DNA of 64,000 bases, from positions 112,470,001 through 112,534,000 of the forward strand of contig NC_086097.1 of assembly GCF_963921235.1 (NCBI RefSeq), read 5' to 3'. Source of the DNA: Mobula hypostoma (taxonomy: Eukaryota). The translations under genes were made by a program, and so were the position numbers. Of the stretch, positions 24,205 through 38,540 are shown piece by piece; positions within the stretch are counted from its first letter, which is position 1, and every line of letters starts with the position of its first letter. The notes under the pieces are model-generated. The model searched no databases. It was not told the DNA's origin and saw nothing but the letters and a program-made list of their open reading frames with translations.

Positions 24205-25590
24205 ACCATAAGACCTTAAGATATAGGAGCAGAATTAGGTCATTTGACCCATCGAGTCTGCTCCACCATTTCATTTTGGCTGATCTAATTTTCCTCTCTG
24301 CCCCAATCTCCTGCCTTCTTTCCGTATCCCTTCAAGCCCTAACCAATCAAGAACCTATCAACCTCTGCATAAGTATTCATAAAGACATGGCCTCCACAGT
24401 TGTCTGTAGCAAAGAATTCCACAGATTCACTACCCTCTCTGTTCTAAAAGGACACTCCTCTATTCTGAGGCTGTGTCCTCTGGTCTTAGACTTGCCCACA
24501 GTAGAAACATCCTCTCCACATTCGCCTGCAAATTAACCTTTAGGGAATCCTGCACAAGGACTCCCAAGTCCCTTTGCACCTCAGTTTTTGAATTTTCTCT
24601 CCATTTAGAAAATAGTCAACCCTTTCATTTCATCTCCCAAAGTGCATGACCATACACTTCCCAACACTGTATTCCATCTGCCATTTCTTTGCCCGTTCTC
24701 CTAATCTGTCTATGTTCTTCTGTAGTCTCTCTACTTTCTCAAAACCATCTACCCTTCCACCTACCTTCATATCATCTACAAACTTTGCAACAAAGCCATC
24801 AATTCCATCATTCAAATTATTGACATATAAAGTAAAAAGAATTGGTCTCAACATTGACCCCTGTGGTACATCACTAGTCACTGGCAGCCAACCAGAGAAG
24901 TCTCCCTTTATTTCCATTTTTTGCCTCCTGCCAATCAGCCACTGCCTTATCCCTGCTAGAATCCTTTCTGTAATACCATGGGCTCATAGCTAGTTGAGTA
25001 GCCTCATGAGTGTCACCTTGTCGAAGGCCTTCTGAAAATCCATGTACACAACCTCAACCAATTCTCCTTTTTCTAGCTTGCTTGTTATTACTTCAAAGAA
25101 TTGAGGAAAACCATGCTGACTACGGCCTATTTTATCATGTGCCTCCAAGTACCCTGAGATCTCAACCTTCATAATCGACTCCAATGTCTTCCCAACCATT
25201 GAGGCCTACAGTTTCCTTTCTTCTGTCTCTCTCCCTTCTTGAAGAGTGGAGTGACAATTGTAATTTTTCAATCTTCTGGAACCATTCAGAATATAATGAT
25301 TCTTGAAAGATCATTACTAATGTTTACACAGTCTCTTCAGCCATCTCTTTCAGAACCCTCAGGTGTACATCATCTGGTCCAGGTGACTTACCTACCTTCA
25401 GAACTTTCAGTTTCCCAAGAACCTTCTCCCTAGTTATGGCAACCATATACTTCATGCCTCCAACACCTGAAATTTTCACCATACTACTAGCATCCTCCAC
25501 AGTGAAGACTAATGCAAAATACTTACTCAGTTCATCTGCCATTTCATTGTCTCCCAATACTACCTCTCCAGCATCATTTTCCAGCATTCA
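24205..25590 (-). mobile_element. CR1 LINE fragment (RT region with internal deletion, plus 3' tail)
   Basis: ORF pieces KSPGPDDVHLRVLKE, VVYMDFQKAFDKV, VTSDVPQGSMLRPILF, KFVDDMKVGG with frameshifts. Confidence 0.9.
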
Positions 25591-28074
25591 ACTTCATCTT
25601 GTTCATCTTCATTCCCTGCACTTCTACTTACACTGGTGACTACTTCCAAATGGTTCAGATTCAAAGACTTAATTTTGAATGTCCTTGTGAGCTTGATATA
25701 CTAAATCCACGGCATCTCAAGTTTCAATTAACCCCACATTATTTTAGAACCAGCCATTTAGCATTATCTGTTCTTTCTGCCTCACTTTTGGTTGCAGAGG
25801 CCAAATTCAGTGCTCTAAAATAGTTCCCACAATCTCTTCTACCTTCTCGCTCTCAATCATGCTTTAAATTTATTCCAAAAACATCCACATCCCTAACTTC
25901 TGCCTTTCTCAGCATTATGACTCAGCAAACTCTGAAAATTCACTATGTTTGTCGATATTTAAGCTTGTGGTCTCAAATTTCCACTTCTTCTAAAGAAACT
26001 TATTGTATTACAACACTAAGAATGTTAAATATCTGTGATCTCTAAAGATTAAAATGTTGTTTAAAGTATTAAAACTTGCTGGGTGGGGGCAGGAATGACT
26101 GCTCAAGTAGTACTGAAAGTGGCCAATATTCAGGCATGAAGTTAGAAATCTGACACCACTCAAAACAATGAAAATACCTACATGGACAATGAACCAGCTG
26201 AAAATGGCAAGAATAATAAGATTTGACAGCTGTCTAGCATGCAGGTGAAATCAAAAATTTAATCAGGTAAGCAGGGGAATGGAGAATGAGACGTAACGGT
26301 CTAGAAATGAGATACCAGCACTTCTTCAAGTTTTTTGAGAATCTTAAAGCTTAATTTAAAAAAAAGATTAACATAAGTGGAGGATGAATGCCAGAAAGAA
26401 TTCGCATGTAATAGAGGACTGAGGAGTGATTAAGTGTGGGAAATGACTGGGGTTGGATGGGATTGTAGCATCACTGATACAATTAAAATCACACTAGGAA
26501 TTTGGAATGGGAATCAAAATGCCAGTGAGGTGGAATTCAGTCATTGGTCAATACACTGCAACTAAACAAGGTGCTCAATATTGTACAGTATAATTAAATT
26601 CTACTGCTTATTATTAAGAATTATTAAGGGAAGGGACACAGAAGACAGTAGATTGAGGGAGTACAAGTGTGTGCAATGCTTTGGGACTGAAAGTGGAATG
26701 ACTGAGCATTCTTGATTCGAAACAGAAAGCAAGAGCTACTCAATCAGGTTGCATGAACTCAGAACATGAGAAGGTACAAATGAAGAGAAAGAAAAGAAAA
26801 AGGTTAAGTTAAATCAGAAAGGCAGAAAGAAATTGGAGGAAAGCCAAACAGCGGAAGGGGGGCCCATTTTCTCTTTATACCATGCACCAACTCTTGCATT
26901 AATGGAGCAAAAGGTAAATGATTGAGTAGCATGTAACTACAATTAATAGAAAGTAGAGATATTAAACAAGAAGAGTGGACAAGGCAGAGAATGAAACTTA
27001 TACAATCTGAGCAATAGCTCCAAGTGTTGCATTGGTCTTTAATAAAAAAAATCTTGACTACCTTGTTGGTAACAGGAAATATAGCACAGAAAAGGCAAAA
27101 TAACATTAATAATTTGATAATCCACATTTTAATACCTCTTCTATACGTGTTTTTATTTCCTCAAAAAATGATGTGGAGTCTTAACATTTTCAAGGATTTA
27201 CTAAAATATGGTCCTCAGGTAACGAAGCAGTTAGTCAAACTTTATATTGTATACAACACTATCTATCTAGGATCAATACCTCATTTTCCCAGCTGGCTCA
27301 CTCAGTTCAGCTTCTGCATCATCTGGCACCACTTCCACTGTTTCACTCCTTTTGTAGCAGGAGCAATTGAAAAGAACAAAACAAATCATAACAACCATGT
27401 CACTAGCTCAGATAAAAGGGAAAGGAATCTACCTAGAGGAGATGTGAGAAAAAGGACAAAAAAATAAACTGTTCTAAGCAAACTTCACAAAATTGCAAGG
27501 ATTAGAGACTTTCCAATTTTTCTAAGTTATTTATCAACAGTTGTTATATGCTGGAGGGCATTATTTTATATCACTACATAATGAATTGACGTAAATAGTT
27601 TCAAATATCGCTGCTCTGCATAGCAATCAAAATTCTGACATGTTCACTCTACTGGATAGCAGCATTTGATTTAATTTACAGTTATGGAAACAAATGCTGT
27701 GATGGCATTTGTGTCAAACAATAGGTAATTCCTGTTGGGACAAAATGGATATCAAGTAATCTGGAAATTCGTCTGGCTTTTTTCACAGGGCTGAAAGAAG
27801 CTGAGTGCGATCTATTTTTATTTAAATGTCTGCCTGTTCTCATGGATGCTTCTAAAGCCATTTTCTTGGGGAGATAGGGAGGGAAGTAGGGTTAAGACCA
27901 GGGAAACCTTCTCACACCCACCTACAACTGAAATCTAAAGTTTGGTATTGTGTAGATTTCAAAAGGCCTTACTGGAATAGCCAGTACACCTTTATATCTG
28001 CAAATTTGAAGGCAAATGTCAATAGACTATCCAATAATGTTATGATTATTGAAGCTGCTCAATAGTTATTGAGT

Positions 28075-28300
28075 ACAACGATTCAGGAACAGTTTCTTCC
28101 CCTCTACCATCCAATTCCCGAGGGAATGTTGAATCCATGAACACTACCTCAATGCATTTTTTATTTTTATTTTTGTACTACTTATTTAATTTAATTATCT
28201 TATATACACCCAGCTTTTTCTATCATTATTGTACTGCTGCCACAAAGACAACAAATTTCAGAACATATGCTGGTGATATTAAACCTGATTCTGATTCTGA
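28075..28300 (+). mobile_element. Rex1/Babar 3' tail
   Basis: ttcaggaacagtttcttcccctctaccatc..aaacctgattctgattctga; the same tail occurs near 38030, 39625 and 51555. Confidence 0.65.
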
Positions 28301-28689
28301 TATCAGGAATCAATTTCAAGTATATGTCCAAATTACGTACTTCTGGTAACAATGGAACCAATAAAAATTGGAAATTAAATCTTTGAGCATTGTGCTTTGT
28401 TTGTACGTGTCACATTCATCCACTCTCAGTGCAAACATGCACGAGCATTATGCATAAATAACTGCCTGAAATTTGGACCTGCAATAATTCAACTTACTAT
28501 TGCTACAGGAGAGTGCTGCTTGTGCATTTGGTTATGTATTAGATAAGACTTTTGTCGTCAGATGTAAAATAGCTTTAATTTGATCTACTCTCTGTTCAGG
28601 TCTCTTCCTGAAATCCAGATGTGAATAGTACTCAGATTTCTAGTGTGACTTCAGGCAAATATAATAATAATGGAAGATGACACTTCAAA

Positions 28690-29160
28690 AATGCTGGAAT
28701 ATAAAAGCAAGGATGTAATGCTGAGGCTTTATAAGTCATTGGTCAGACTGTATTTAGAACATTGTGGGTAGTTTTGGGCCCCTTATCTAAGAAAGGATAT
28801 GCTGGCATTGGAGATGGTCCAGAGGAGATTCACGAAAATTATACCTCAAATGAAAAGGTTAATGTATGAGGAGCATTTGATGGCTCAGGGCCTGTACTCA
28901 CTGGAAATTAGAAGAATGAAGGGGGATCTCATTGAAATCTGTCAAATATTGAAAGGCCTGGATAAAGTGGAAATAGGGAGGATGTTTCCTATAGTGGGAG
29001 AGTCTAGGACCAGAGAGCACAGCCTCAGAATAGAAGGATATCCCTTTAGAAGAGAGATGAGGAGGAATTTCTTTAGCCGAAGGGTGGTGAATCTGTGGAA
29101 TTCATTTCAGTGAAAGCCAAGTCATTAAGTATGCTTAAAGTGGAAGTTGATAGGGGGATG
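28690..29160 (+). mobile_element. CR1 ORF2 C-terminal fragment
   Basis: LEMVQRRFTKIIP..GLYSLEIRRMKGDLIE..FFSRRVVNLWNS. Confidence 0.85.
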
Positions 29161-29259
29161 ACAATGGGAGGACAAAAACAATCAGAATGTCTTTGGTGAT
29201 CATTAAAAGTGTTAACAACATTAGGATATTTTACAAGGATGCAGTTAAGGGCTGGAAGT

Positions 29260-29720
29260 CTGGATTGGATGGAAAAAAGGAGCTGTTGCTGCAGCTTTGA
29301 GTTTATGGACAAATGATGCACATGATCATCTCCTTGATGAGTGCTGACCCAAGGCAGCATGACATTAAATGGGTTCAAATTGGGCTTTCCTCCGTTTGAC
29401 TATGGCCTCTATTCCACAGATTGACTTTGCATTATGCAGCAAGGATGTAGACGTCTTTCAAGCTGAAACTCCTGAACACATATGGTTGCTGTGCAGGTGA
29501 AAGGACAGACTGCATTCATCTTGCAACCCCTGTCTGAGAATATTTTAATCACTACTCTGGTGGTAAACTTCCTGATACAGGACTGTTATCCACTTTTTAT
29601 ATGATGGATGTGATCTGCCAACCTGGAACTGTACAGCACAACATTTTCACTGGAAAGTATCTGCACACACTTTGACAGAAATTGGTGGCTATGACACATT
29701 ATTTGAGTGGAAGGAGTGTG
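29260..29720 (-). mobile_element. Highly decayed RTE-like ORF remnant
   Basis: Reverse translation gives HVHHLS..KLQQQLLFS, resembling the RTE GHVxRM..LPKQLLF motif. Confidence 0.35.
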
Positions 29721-31149
29721 CACAAGATACCAAATGGCACAGAGCCTCACACATCGTTTACACTGATATCAGTGCTGTTACCAAAAGCACTGAAATATTC
29801 TATTTTTGTCCTGTTGATATTTTACCAAGAACTATGAATCCTGTACTTTCCTACTCTTTCCATTTTTGCTGTAATTGAACTCTTCCTCTTTTTTTTTCCA
29901 GAATCCACAGCTCAATTACATGATGCCTTTCTGAGCCTCGGTCTCCCAAATCATATCCCAAACTCGGCCTTCGTAGTAATCGCCTCCTTTTATATCTCAC
30001 TTCTATAGGTCAGCTGACTTTGTTTCCAAACCTTTCTGGTATGACTATGAGGGACTCTAATCTTCAGACTGCTTACACTGATCAAACTGGCAAAATTAAT
30101 TTAGAGTGCAAGTTCATGGAATACAATCAGAAAAGTTTGCAACAGCAATACAGTACATCATGAAATCAGCTCAGAAATACAATCTTGGAACTTGTAGAAT
30201 GAAATTGGAAAAATTAGTAATTTTATAGTAAGGGATCCCTGAGGGAAAATTGTTCATAATGTGTCAGAATTTTAAATTAAATTCTATCGAAAACTTCTGA
30301 CATATTTTGGTTAGAAACTAGAGAACTGAAATTAAATACAACCAGCCAAAGAGGGTTGAGGGCCACATTGGGCAGGTACAGACTGAAAAATTAGACCAAG
30401 TGATTTGCCAGTGGACAATGATAAACATTTGATGAAATGTTTTTAAATTCTTAAGAAATTTACCCTACCTTCCATTAGAATATAAATTCCATGCAAAAGG
30501 CAATCTATCCATGGTTAACTGAAGGAAAGTGTTAGACTAAACTGGATAGCTTACTGTTCAGCATAGTAGTAAACCCATGGATTGGGAGAAAAGGTCCCTT
30601 TTAAAGGTGGAGGCTATGTTTGATTAATCTAAGAGAAATATTGAAGATCTATTTAGAAGAATGTACAATAGGAAACAAGTGGATACAGTATAACAACCTT
30701 CTCTACAGTATTTTCTCAAAAGCTTTATCATAAATACCACAGAAAAGGTTGTTCTATAAAATTAGGTTTGGGAGGTCTTAGAGAAATGCATTAACATCAT
30801 AGAGGATTAACTAAAGGATAAAATAGAGTAAGTCAGGGAATCAACCTTGTTAACATTCTCTGAACTACTACTATTGCTAATATAGAATCATGGGGTCATA
30901 TAGCACAGAAATGTGCCCTTTCTGGCCAATTGTCCATGCTAAACATAGTGCTTATCCCACTTGTTTGCAATAAATCCGTTTTCCTCAGCACCATTTCTAT
31001 CTACATATCTTTCCAATGATCTTTTAAATATTGTAATTATATCTGCTTCTACCATTTCCTGTTTGATATAACCACTACCCTCTGTGTGGAAATACTTATC
31101 CCTCAGATCTCCTTTGAATTGCTCCTCTCTCACCTTAAACCTGTGCCTT

Positions 31150-31450
31150 TATGTTCTCCCCTCCACCTATCACCTCCCAGCTTCGTACATCATTTCCACT
31201 CTCCACATCCCCCATCTGCCTATCGCCTCTCTCAACTGGATCAAACTATCACCTACCAGCTCTTGCTTCTCTTTACCCACACCTTTTTTATACTGGCTAC
31301 ATGCCCTCTCTCTTTTCAGTCCTGATGAAAAGTCTTGATGTAAAATACTGACCGTCCATTTTCCTTCTCAGATGCTGCCTGTCCCACTGAGTTCCTCCAG
31401 CATTTTGTATCTTGATCCACATTTCCAGCATCTACAGTCTCACTTGTATC
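31150..31450 (+). mobile_element. Penelope-like terminal fragment with decayed hammerhead, nested in a minus-strand CR1 tail
   Basis: Pyrimidine-rich tract, then cagtcCTGATGAaaagtcttgatgtAAAA, then gatgctgcctgtcccactgagttcctccagc. Confidence 0.6.
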
Positions 31451-31857
31451 TCCCCTCCAGTTCTACACTCCCCTAGCTTGCAAATAATATTCTGCCTCTC
31501 CTATCTATGATCCTTGCTACCTTATAAATATAAAGTCACCCCTCAGCCTCCTACATTCACAAGCTCTCGAAGATTTCCTTACAACTACAGCCTGCTCAAT
31601 CTTTCCAGAATCAGGAAAATTTAAGGACCATAAAAAAGTCACACCAGGATGCAGACCACTAAATCATTAGTTTGTCAATATAGTATCCTCTGTGATCATG
31701 ATTGTTTGATGTTCCTTGCTTCCTTTTGCCCTGAAAGTTTCTGAATAACTGGAGTCTTTAAACTTATCAATCATGAAGTGAGAGACCAAATAATTATCTA
31801 GTATCTCTGCAATCTTTCCCCATTCTCACCTTTGACGGGAACAACAATTAATTTTAT

Positions 31858-31995
31858 TGAACACCAGAAAATCTGCAGATGCTGGAAATCCAGAGCAACA
31901 GACACAAAATGCTGGAGGAACTCAGTAGGTCAGTCTGCATCCATGGAAATGAATAAACAGTTGACGTTTTAGGCTGCGACCCTTCAGCAGGACTC
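31858..31995 (-). mobile_element. Penelope-like terminal fragment
   Basis: Reverse complement: gtcCTGCTGAagggtcgcagcctAAAAcgtcaactg..gacctactgagttcctccagc..tttccagcatctgcag. Confidence 0.65.
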
Positions 31996-34568
31996 CTTTG
32001 TTAATTTTGTTAATTTATTTTTATATACTTGTAATTTCTTGCTTTTTTTTGTTTCTTGCTAACCTTCTCTGAAATATAGAGGGAAAAGTAAATCATGTCA
32101 TCTTTTGATTTCTCAGTCCTCTAGAATGGCATTAATCTGTACAATTTGCTAATATACTGTCTTCAATTTTCTTAACCACAGATCCTTCTCTTAAGAACAT
32201 AAGGAATATGAACAGGAGTAGAACATTCAGCCCTCTAGCCTGCTCCACCATTCAACAATATTATCCCTAATCTGCTAGGTATCACTATTTTCTTGAAATT
32301 CCTTGATCTCTTTAACATCCAGAACGCTTGATTAATTTAACATCCAGAAATCTATCACTCTCATTCTCACAGCACAATTGCATACTGGTTAGCATAATGC
32401 TTTACAGTATCAGTGACACTCTTTCTTTACTCTGGTCTAATATGCTGCTTGCTTTTATTTCTGCTACTTACTTACTTTGTCTAATGCATTTCTAACTTCC
32501 ACTGCCAACCTTGTCTTTCTCTCTCCCTCCTGAATCTCCGCTCAGGTTCCCGTTAAAGTTAAACTGTCCCAAAGGCTCCAGCAAAGTCTCTTCCATTGAA
32601 ATTGATCTCAGTTCTATGAAGTATTAACAGTCCCATCTACAAAACCTTTAGAAGTTTTCAGAGCAGCTGCAAAATATTCTTAACTGGGAGGGTGAGATCA
32701 TGGTGCAATTGGCACCAATGACATACACAGAAAAGGGGGAAGAGGTCCCACACAGTGAGGACAGGGAGCTGGAAAGCGGCTGAAAAGCAGGACCTTGAAG
32801 GTAGTAATTTGTTGGATTACTCACAATGCCATGGGAAGGTTTAAGCTAGTTTGACAGAGGGATGGAAACCAGGTCAGAAAGAGGAGGATGGATGTCATGA
32901 CCAGTAAGAACAGGCAGAAGCAAAGTGACAGACACGACGGGATGGATGGGGTAAAGTGTGTGTATTTTAATGGTAGGAGTATTTTGGAAAAGGGTGATGA
33001 ACTCAGAGCCTGGGTCAGCCCATGGAACTATGATGTTGTAGGCATAACAGAAGCTTGTTTGTGAGAGGGACGCAAATAGATCATTCATGTTCCAGGGATC
33101 TGATGTCTCAGAGGGGATATAATCGAAGGATTACTCACTGAATCTATATAGGTAGAACTCAAAAATAAGCAAGATGTGATCACTCTGATGGGATTATACC
33201 GCAGAGCCTGCATAGTCCAGGATATTGAACTCGCCTTGTAAAGGGTAAGTTCAAATTCCCCAATCAAGTCTGGAACTCTTTACTGCCAGAGGTTTAGATA
33301 GGACAAAATTTGTTAGATACATCCAGGAGGGTAACTTAAATCAACTTCTTTGGATGTAGATAGTCTAACAAGAAGAGAGGCTATATTGGACCTGATATTG
33401 GGGAATGAACCTGGCCAAGTGACTGAACTTTCAGTGGGACAACAGTTAAGTATCAGCGATCTCAGTTCAGGCTTTAAGACAATAAATGATAAGCAATGGA
33501 GTAACTATAGATAAAGACAAGAATGAATCTTGCAAGACTGTATTAAATTGGAGCAGGGTAAATTACGAGACTATTAGTCACGAACTAAGGAGAGTTGTTT
33601 GGGAACAGTTGCTTTTGGGCAATTCCACACTTGACATGTGAAGAGTGTTTAAAGACCATCTCCACACAGTAGAGGACAGGATTGTTCCAATAAGAAGGAA
33701 ACACAAGGATTGCAAGGTCAGGAAATCATGGATGTTAAGAAGGGGATAAATTTAGTCAAGGAAGAAAATTAAACAAGTAAGGTTTAAGAAGCTAAGGTCA
33801 AATGGAGCCCATGAGGATTATAAAGAAGCCAAAAAGAACCTGAGAAAGGAATTAAGGCAGATAGGAGGAGTCACTAAAAGTCCTTGGGAAGTAGGAATAA
33901 ACAAAATCCTAAAATATTCTGTACACACAGAAGAAGCAAGAAGGTAACTAGGGAGTGAGTTAAAGGATAAAAGAAAGAATATGTGCTTGGAGGCAAAGGA
34001 TGTGGGTAGTCATAAGTGAATACTTTGTATCAGTATTTACCAAGCAAAAGGACTTGGAAGATAGGGAGATCAATGTGGAGCATGTTAATTTGGTAAGGCA
34101 TTTAGAGATAAATATGGAGATAGTGTGGTGTACCTTAAAGAACATTAAGGTGTATACGTCCTCAGGGGCTGTTGGTAATTGAGCTATGTTTTTGAGAGAT
34201 GCAAGAGATTTCTGGGACTTTAACCAATATCCTCATAACTCAGGAGGACTGGCCAGGTCCTGGAGAAGTGGTGAGTAGGTGATGTTGTTCCATTATTCAA
34301 GAAAGGAACCAGGGATAATCTGGGAGTTATAGACTGGTGAATCTTGTGTCAGTGGTAGGGAAGTTAGTGGAGAGGATTCTTAGGGGTAGAATTTATGAAC
34401 AATTCCAAAACCATTGTCTAATAAGGGACACGCAGCACATCTTACTAATTTGATTAAGATTTTTGAGGAGGTGACAAAGGTGATCGATGAAGGTAGAATT
34501 GTGGATGTTGTCTACATGAATTTTAGTAAGACATTTGTTAAGAGTCCTCTTGAGAGGTTCCTCTAGAG

Positions 34569-34648
34569 CTGGTGTTCCCAACCTGGGGTCCACAGATCCC
34601 TTGCATTTTTGTATTGGTCTATGGCATAAAAAAGGTTGGGAACCTCTG
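34569..34648. mobile_element. 80-bp hAT (Charlie-type) MITE
   Basis: TIRs ctggtgttcccaacct / aggttgggaacctctg; flanks ctctagag and atctagga approximate an 8-bp NTCTAGAN target. Confidence 0.7.
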
Positions 34649-34721
34649 ATCTAGGATGCATGGCATCCACAGTGAACTGACCATGTCCAGAGAAGACAGA
34701 GGGTATGGTTAATATTTATAA

Positions 34722-34747
34722 TACACACACACACACACACACACACA
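34722..34747. repeat. (CA)n microsatellite
   Basis: About 12 AC units seen directly. Confidence 0.95.
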
Positions 34748-34749
34748 TA

Positions 34750-34938
34750 CTTCTTCCTCCCCTCCCCCCACCTTCTTGTCCTGACTTCTCATCTCTGTTT
34801 TTCCAGTCCTGATGACAGGTCTTGGCCCTAAACATTGACTGTTTACTCTTTTCCATTGATGCTGCCTGGCCTGCTGAGTTCCTCTAGCGTTTTGTGTGTA
34901 CTAGTTTGATATACAGCATCTGCAGATTTTCTCTTGTT
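34750..34938 (+). mobile_element. Penelope-like terminal fragment with decayed hammerhead
   Basis: cagtcCTGATGAcaggtcttggcccTAAAcattgactg followed by gatgctgcctggcctgctgagttcctc. Confidence 0.65.
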
Positions 34939-36867
34939 TATGATGAAAGCACAGATGGATAGTTAGTAAGTTTGCAGATGACGCAAAGATTGGTGATATT
35001 GTGCGGTAGATGGTGGATAGTGTAGAATATTGGTAAAGGATACAGCAGGATATAGATCAGTTGCAGATACAGGCAGAGAAATGGCAGATGGATTTTAACC
35101 TGGCCAAATGTGAAGTGTTGCACCTTGGAGTATCTAATGCAAAGGACAATGTATTGTTAATGGCAAGACCCTTAAGTATTGTAGAGCAGAAGAATCTTGG
35201 AGTCCATGCTCATAGCCCCCTGAAAATGGCAAAACAGGCAGATACAGGTAAAGAAGGCATATAGCATGCTTGTGTTCATTTGTTGAGTTGAAAAGTCATG
35301 ACGTTATGTTGCAGCTCTCTAAGACTCTAGTTAGGCCACATCTGAAGTACTGCATCTGGACACCCCATTACATATAGGGTGTCAAAAGTTGGAGAAGATG
35401 CAGAAGAGAGTAACCAGGATGCTGCCTAGATTAGAAAGCATATTCTATAAGCAGATGTTGGACAAACTTGGGTTGGTTTCTCTTAAACATCAGAGACTGA
35501 GGGGAAATTTGATAGAGGTTTATAGGATTATGAGAGATATAGCTTGAATAGACAGCTAGTGACTTTTTCCTAGGGTTGAAATGTCTAGTAACAGAAGGTA
35601 TGCATTAAACATGAGACAAGGTAATGTGTGGGACAAACATTTTCTCTGACGCAGGGAATGGTGAGTTCCTGGAATGCACTGCCTGGAGAGTGGTGGAGAC
35701 AAATGCAACCAGAGGATTTCAGGATGCACTCAGGGCTTGTGAACATGCAACAAGTGGGAGGAACGGATATTGTGCATACAAAACAGATTAGTACAATTGG
35801 GCATTTGCTTAATAATTTAATTCGCTCAGCACAGCATTGTGGGCCAAACAGCCTGTTCCTGTTCTGTACTGTTCCATGTTCTGCGTTTAAATCCTTCCAT
35901 CCTGAATAATCCCCCCAACCACTCATTTTGCCTATCCCCCTATTTCTGAACTAGGACTGGGAGTAATCCTAAACCGGTACTGTTGAACCTCTTTCTCAGC
36001 TCTCCGGTTTGCATGGACTTCTTCTTTCCTTTTACCCATGTTGTTGGTACCAACACAGACCACAGCTTTTGACTTTTCCCCTTCAGATACTGTGCATATT
36101 GTTTTGTGATATTTGATATTTGTTTTATTAGTTGTATCTGGTATAAGTGATTCTGTTGGAAAGTATCTTTGTCTAAGGCAAATCTATCATTGTTCAGGGA
36201 TAGGTGACAATCGCATGTTATCTGTTGCTATTCTCTCAGACCCCGCCATGCCTTTGGTTTCTAATGTAATCAGCTGTGACCATTGGACCAACAAGTGAAG
36301 AGCATCTCAACAGTTAATTTCTGAAAATAATATTCCTTGTTAGTTTTAGAATACTCTCTCAACTTCGAAAGGTATTTAGGCCACCTGCAGGCAGTTCTGA
36401 AGTTGCTCAGTCAGGTCTTTCAAACGTCAATATCTTTTTAAACAAGACAAAAACTACAACAAAATAGCATGATAAATTCCTAGTTGCACCATGAATCTTT
36501 AATAAAGAGCACAGGTTACACCCAAAACTTCCATTTACGTCAGCAAGGGCATAACCAGCTGGTGTAAGAGCTGTGAAATCATTAGTTGGGCAAAAGATGC
36601 TGAGACATAGTCAAAGGTACTAAGTTGAGTTGTGTCTGAAGGTACCCAGCTATTTTCCCAACAGGTGAGGTTTTATCTGGAATGTCTGCTTGAACTATTG
36701 CTCTCATGCTAATTGCACTTAACCAAAATTTGCTCATGAAAAATGAGCACAAATTAATCCAATTTCTAGCCTCTCATTTGTTAGTGATTGAATATAATGT
36801 GGAAATGTTTGAAATTATTCACTTCATTAAGCAAAACATTTCTCGTCGCGGATAATAGAATATCAAA

Positions 36868-37270
36868 CTTAGAACATTACAGCACAGTACAGAGCCTTTG
36901 GCTCATGATGCTGTGTCAACCTTTTAACCTGCTCTAAGATCAATCTAACCCTTCCCTCCTAGGCCAGAAAGCCATAAGACATAGGAACATAATTAGGTCA
37001 TATGGCCCATTGAGTCATCTGTCATTTCTTCATTTCCCGCTCAACCCAATTCTATAAGACCATAAGAGTTTTCCATTTTTCTATCATCGATATGCCCATC
37101 CAATAGTTTCTTAAGTATGCCTAATGTATCTGCCTCCAACACCACCCTGCTGCCCCCCCCCCCTCCCGGGCAGGGCATTCCATTAACCCACAACTCTCTG
37201 AGTAAAAATCTTACCCCTGACACCCCCCCATACAGTCCTCCAACCACCTTAAAATTGTGCCCCTTGTATT
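36868..37270 (-). mobile_element. CR1 3' fragments (nested tails)
   Basis: agaacattacagcacagtacag tail; VVLEADTLGILKKLLDGHID on the minus strand. Confidence 0.6.
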
Positions 37271-37934
37271 AGCTTGTCTTGTTCATACAGATCAGTTCAT
37301 GACACAGTGCACTGAGGTAGTGCAAGGTAAAACAATAAGAGATCACAGAATAAAGTGAAACTGCTACAGAGAAAGTGCAGGGCAGACAGGCAAAAAGGTT
37401 CAAGGTCATTGTAAGATAGATTGTGAGGTCAAGAGTTTAGATGTAGGAGCAGCAAACTTGTGAAGCAAGTGATGTACAGGTTTTTATTGCACAGGGTTTG
37501 CTAAGTAGGAAGAAGTGCTTCAACAATTCAGAATGCTATTGCAGATATAACTACAATAAATATCTTCTGCAGTTTTAGTCAGCATATTAAAGGTGGCTAC
37601 ACCTGATTTGGAAATAGCACTGGCATAGGTTTACTATATTGTTTTCCCGGCTCTATTGTATTAGGAGAGACTCATTAAGAACACCTACATTTATGGAATT
37701 TTGAATAATAGGATGTAATCTCATGTCTGACAAGGTAGTTGTTGAAAGACACTAGAACCTTTTTCACTGTTTACTCCTGTTAGAACAGCATATTGAAGTC
37801 ATGAGAGATTTTATACTCAGTGGGTTGCAAATCTTTGGAATTCTCCAGTCCAGGGGGCCCTGAATGCTCAGTTGTTATGTATATTCAAAAATTAAAATCT
37901 AGTACCAGAAGGGAATGAAGAATATGAGCCTTTT

Positions 37935-38540
37935 ATGAGCCATCATTAAGGATCCCCACCACCCAGAACACGCTCTCTTCACACTGTTACCTTTGGGAAG
38001 GAGACACAGAAGCCTGAAGGCTCAGTGATTCAGAAACAGCTTCTTCCCCTCTGCTGTCTGATTTCTGAATAGACATTGAATTCATGAACACTAACTCATT
38101 ACGTTTTTTTCTGCACTACTTCTTTTAACTTAACTATTTAATAGACATACTATATATAAACTTAACTCATTTTTTCCCAAGAAAAACTCCCCCTTCTCCA
38201 GCCATGTATCTCTTTCACTAATACACTTCCCATCTCTTTACTTCATCCCTCTCCTCCCAGTTTCACCTCTCACCTTGTGTTTTTCTCTCCCCTTGCCCCA
38301 TCTTTTCAATCTACTCCTCATCTTTTTCTCCTTCAGTCCTGCTGAAGGGTCTCAGCCTGAAACGTTGACAGTACTTTTTTTTTCCACAGATGCTGCCTGG
38401 CCTGATGAGTTCTTCCAGCATTGTGTGTGTCTTACACAGTTTTTTTTTCTCTATTTATTTATCATGTATTTCATTGTACTGCTGCTGTAAAGTTAACAAA
38501 TTTCACGAATATACCAGTGATATTAAACCTGATTCTGATA
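37935..38540 (+). mobile_element. Rex1/Babar 3' end interrupted by a Penelope-like fragment (about 38185-38432)
   Basis: IIKDPHHPEHALFTLLP..RNSFFPSAV; the insert contains cagtcCTGCTGAagggtctcagcctGAAAcgttgac; the tail ends aaacctgattctga. Confidence 0.7.

Larger units (their letters stand above)
32660..35885 (+). mobile_element. Old near-full-length CR1 (ORF1 remnant, endonuclease, RT, 3' tail) with nested insertions
   Basis: attggcaccaatgacata (IGTNDI, esterase-type ORF1), YDVVGITE and ILDLILGNEPGQV (APE endonuclease), KFADDAKIG and AEKWQMDFNLAKCEV (RT), tail gggccaaacagcctgttcctgttctgtactgttccatgtt. Confidence 0.85.
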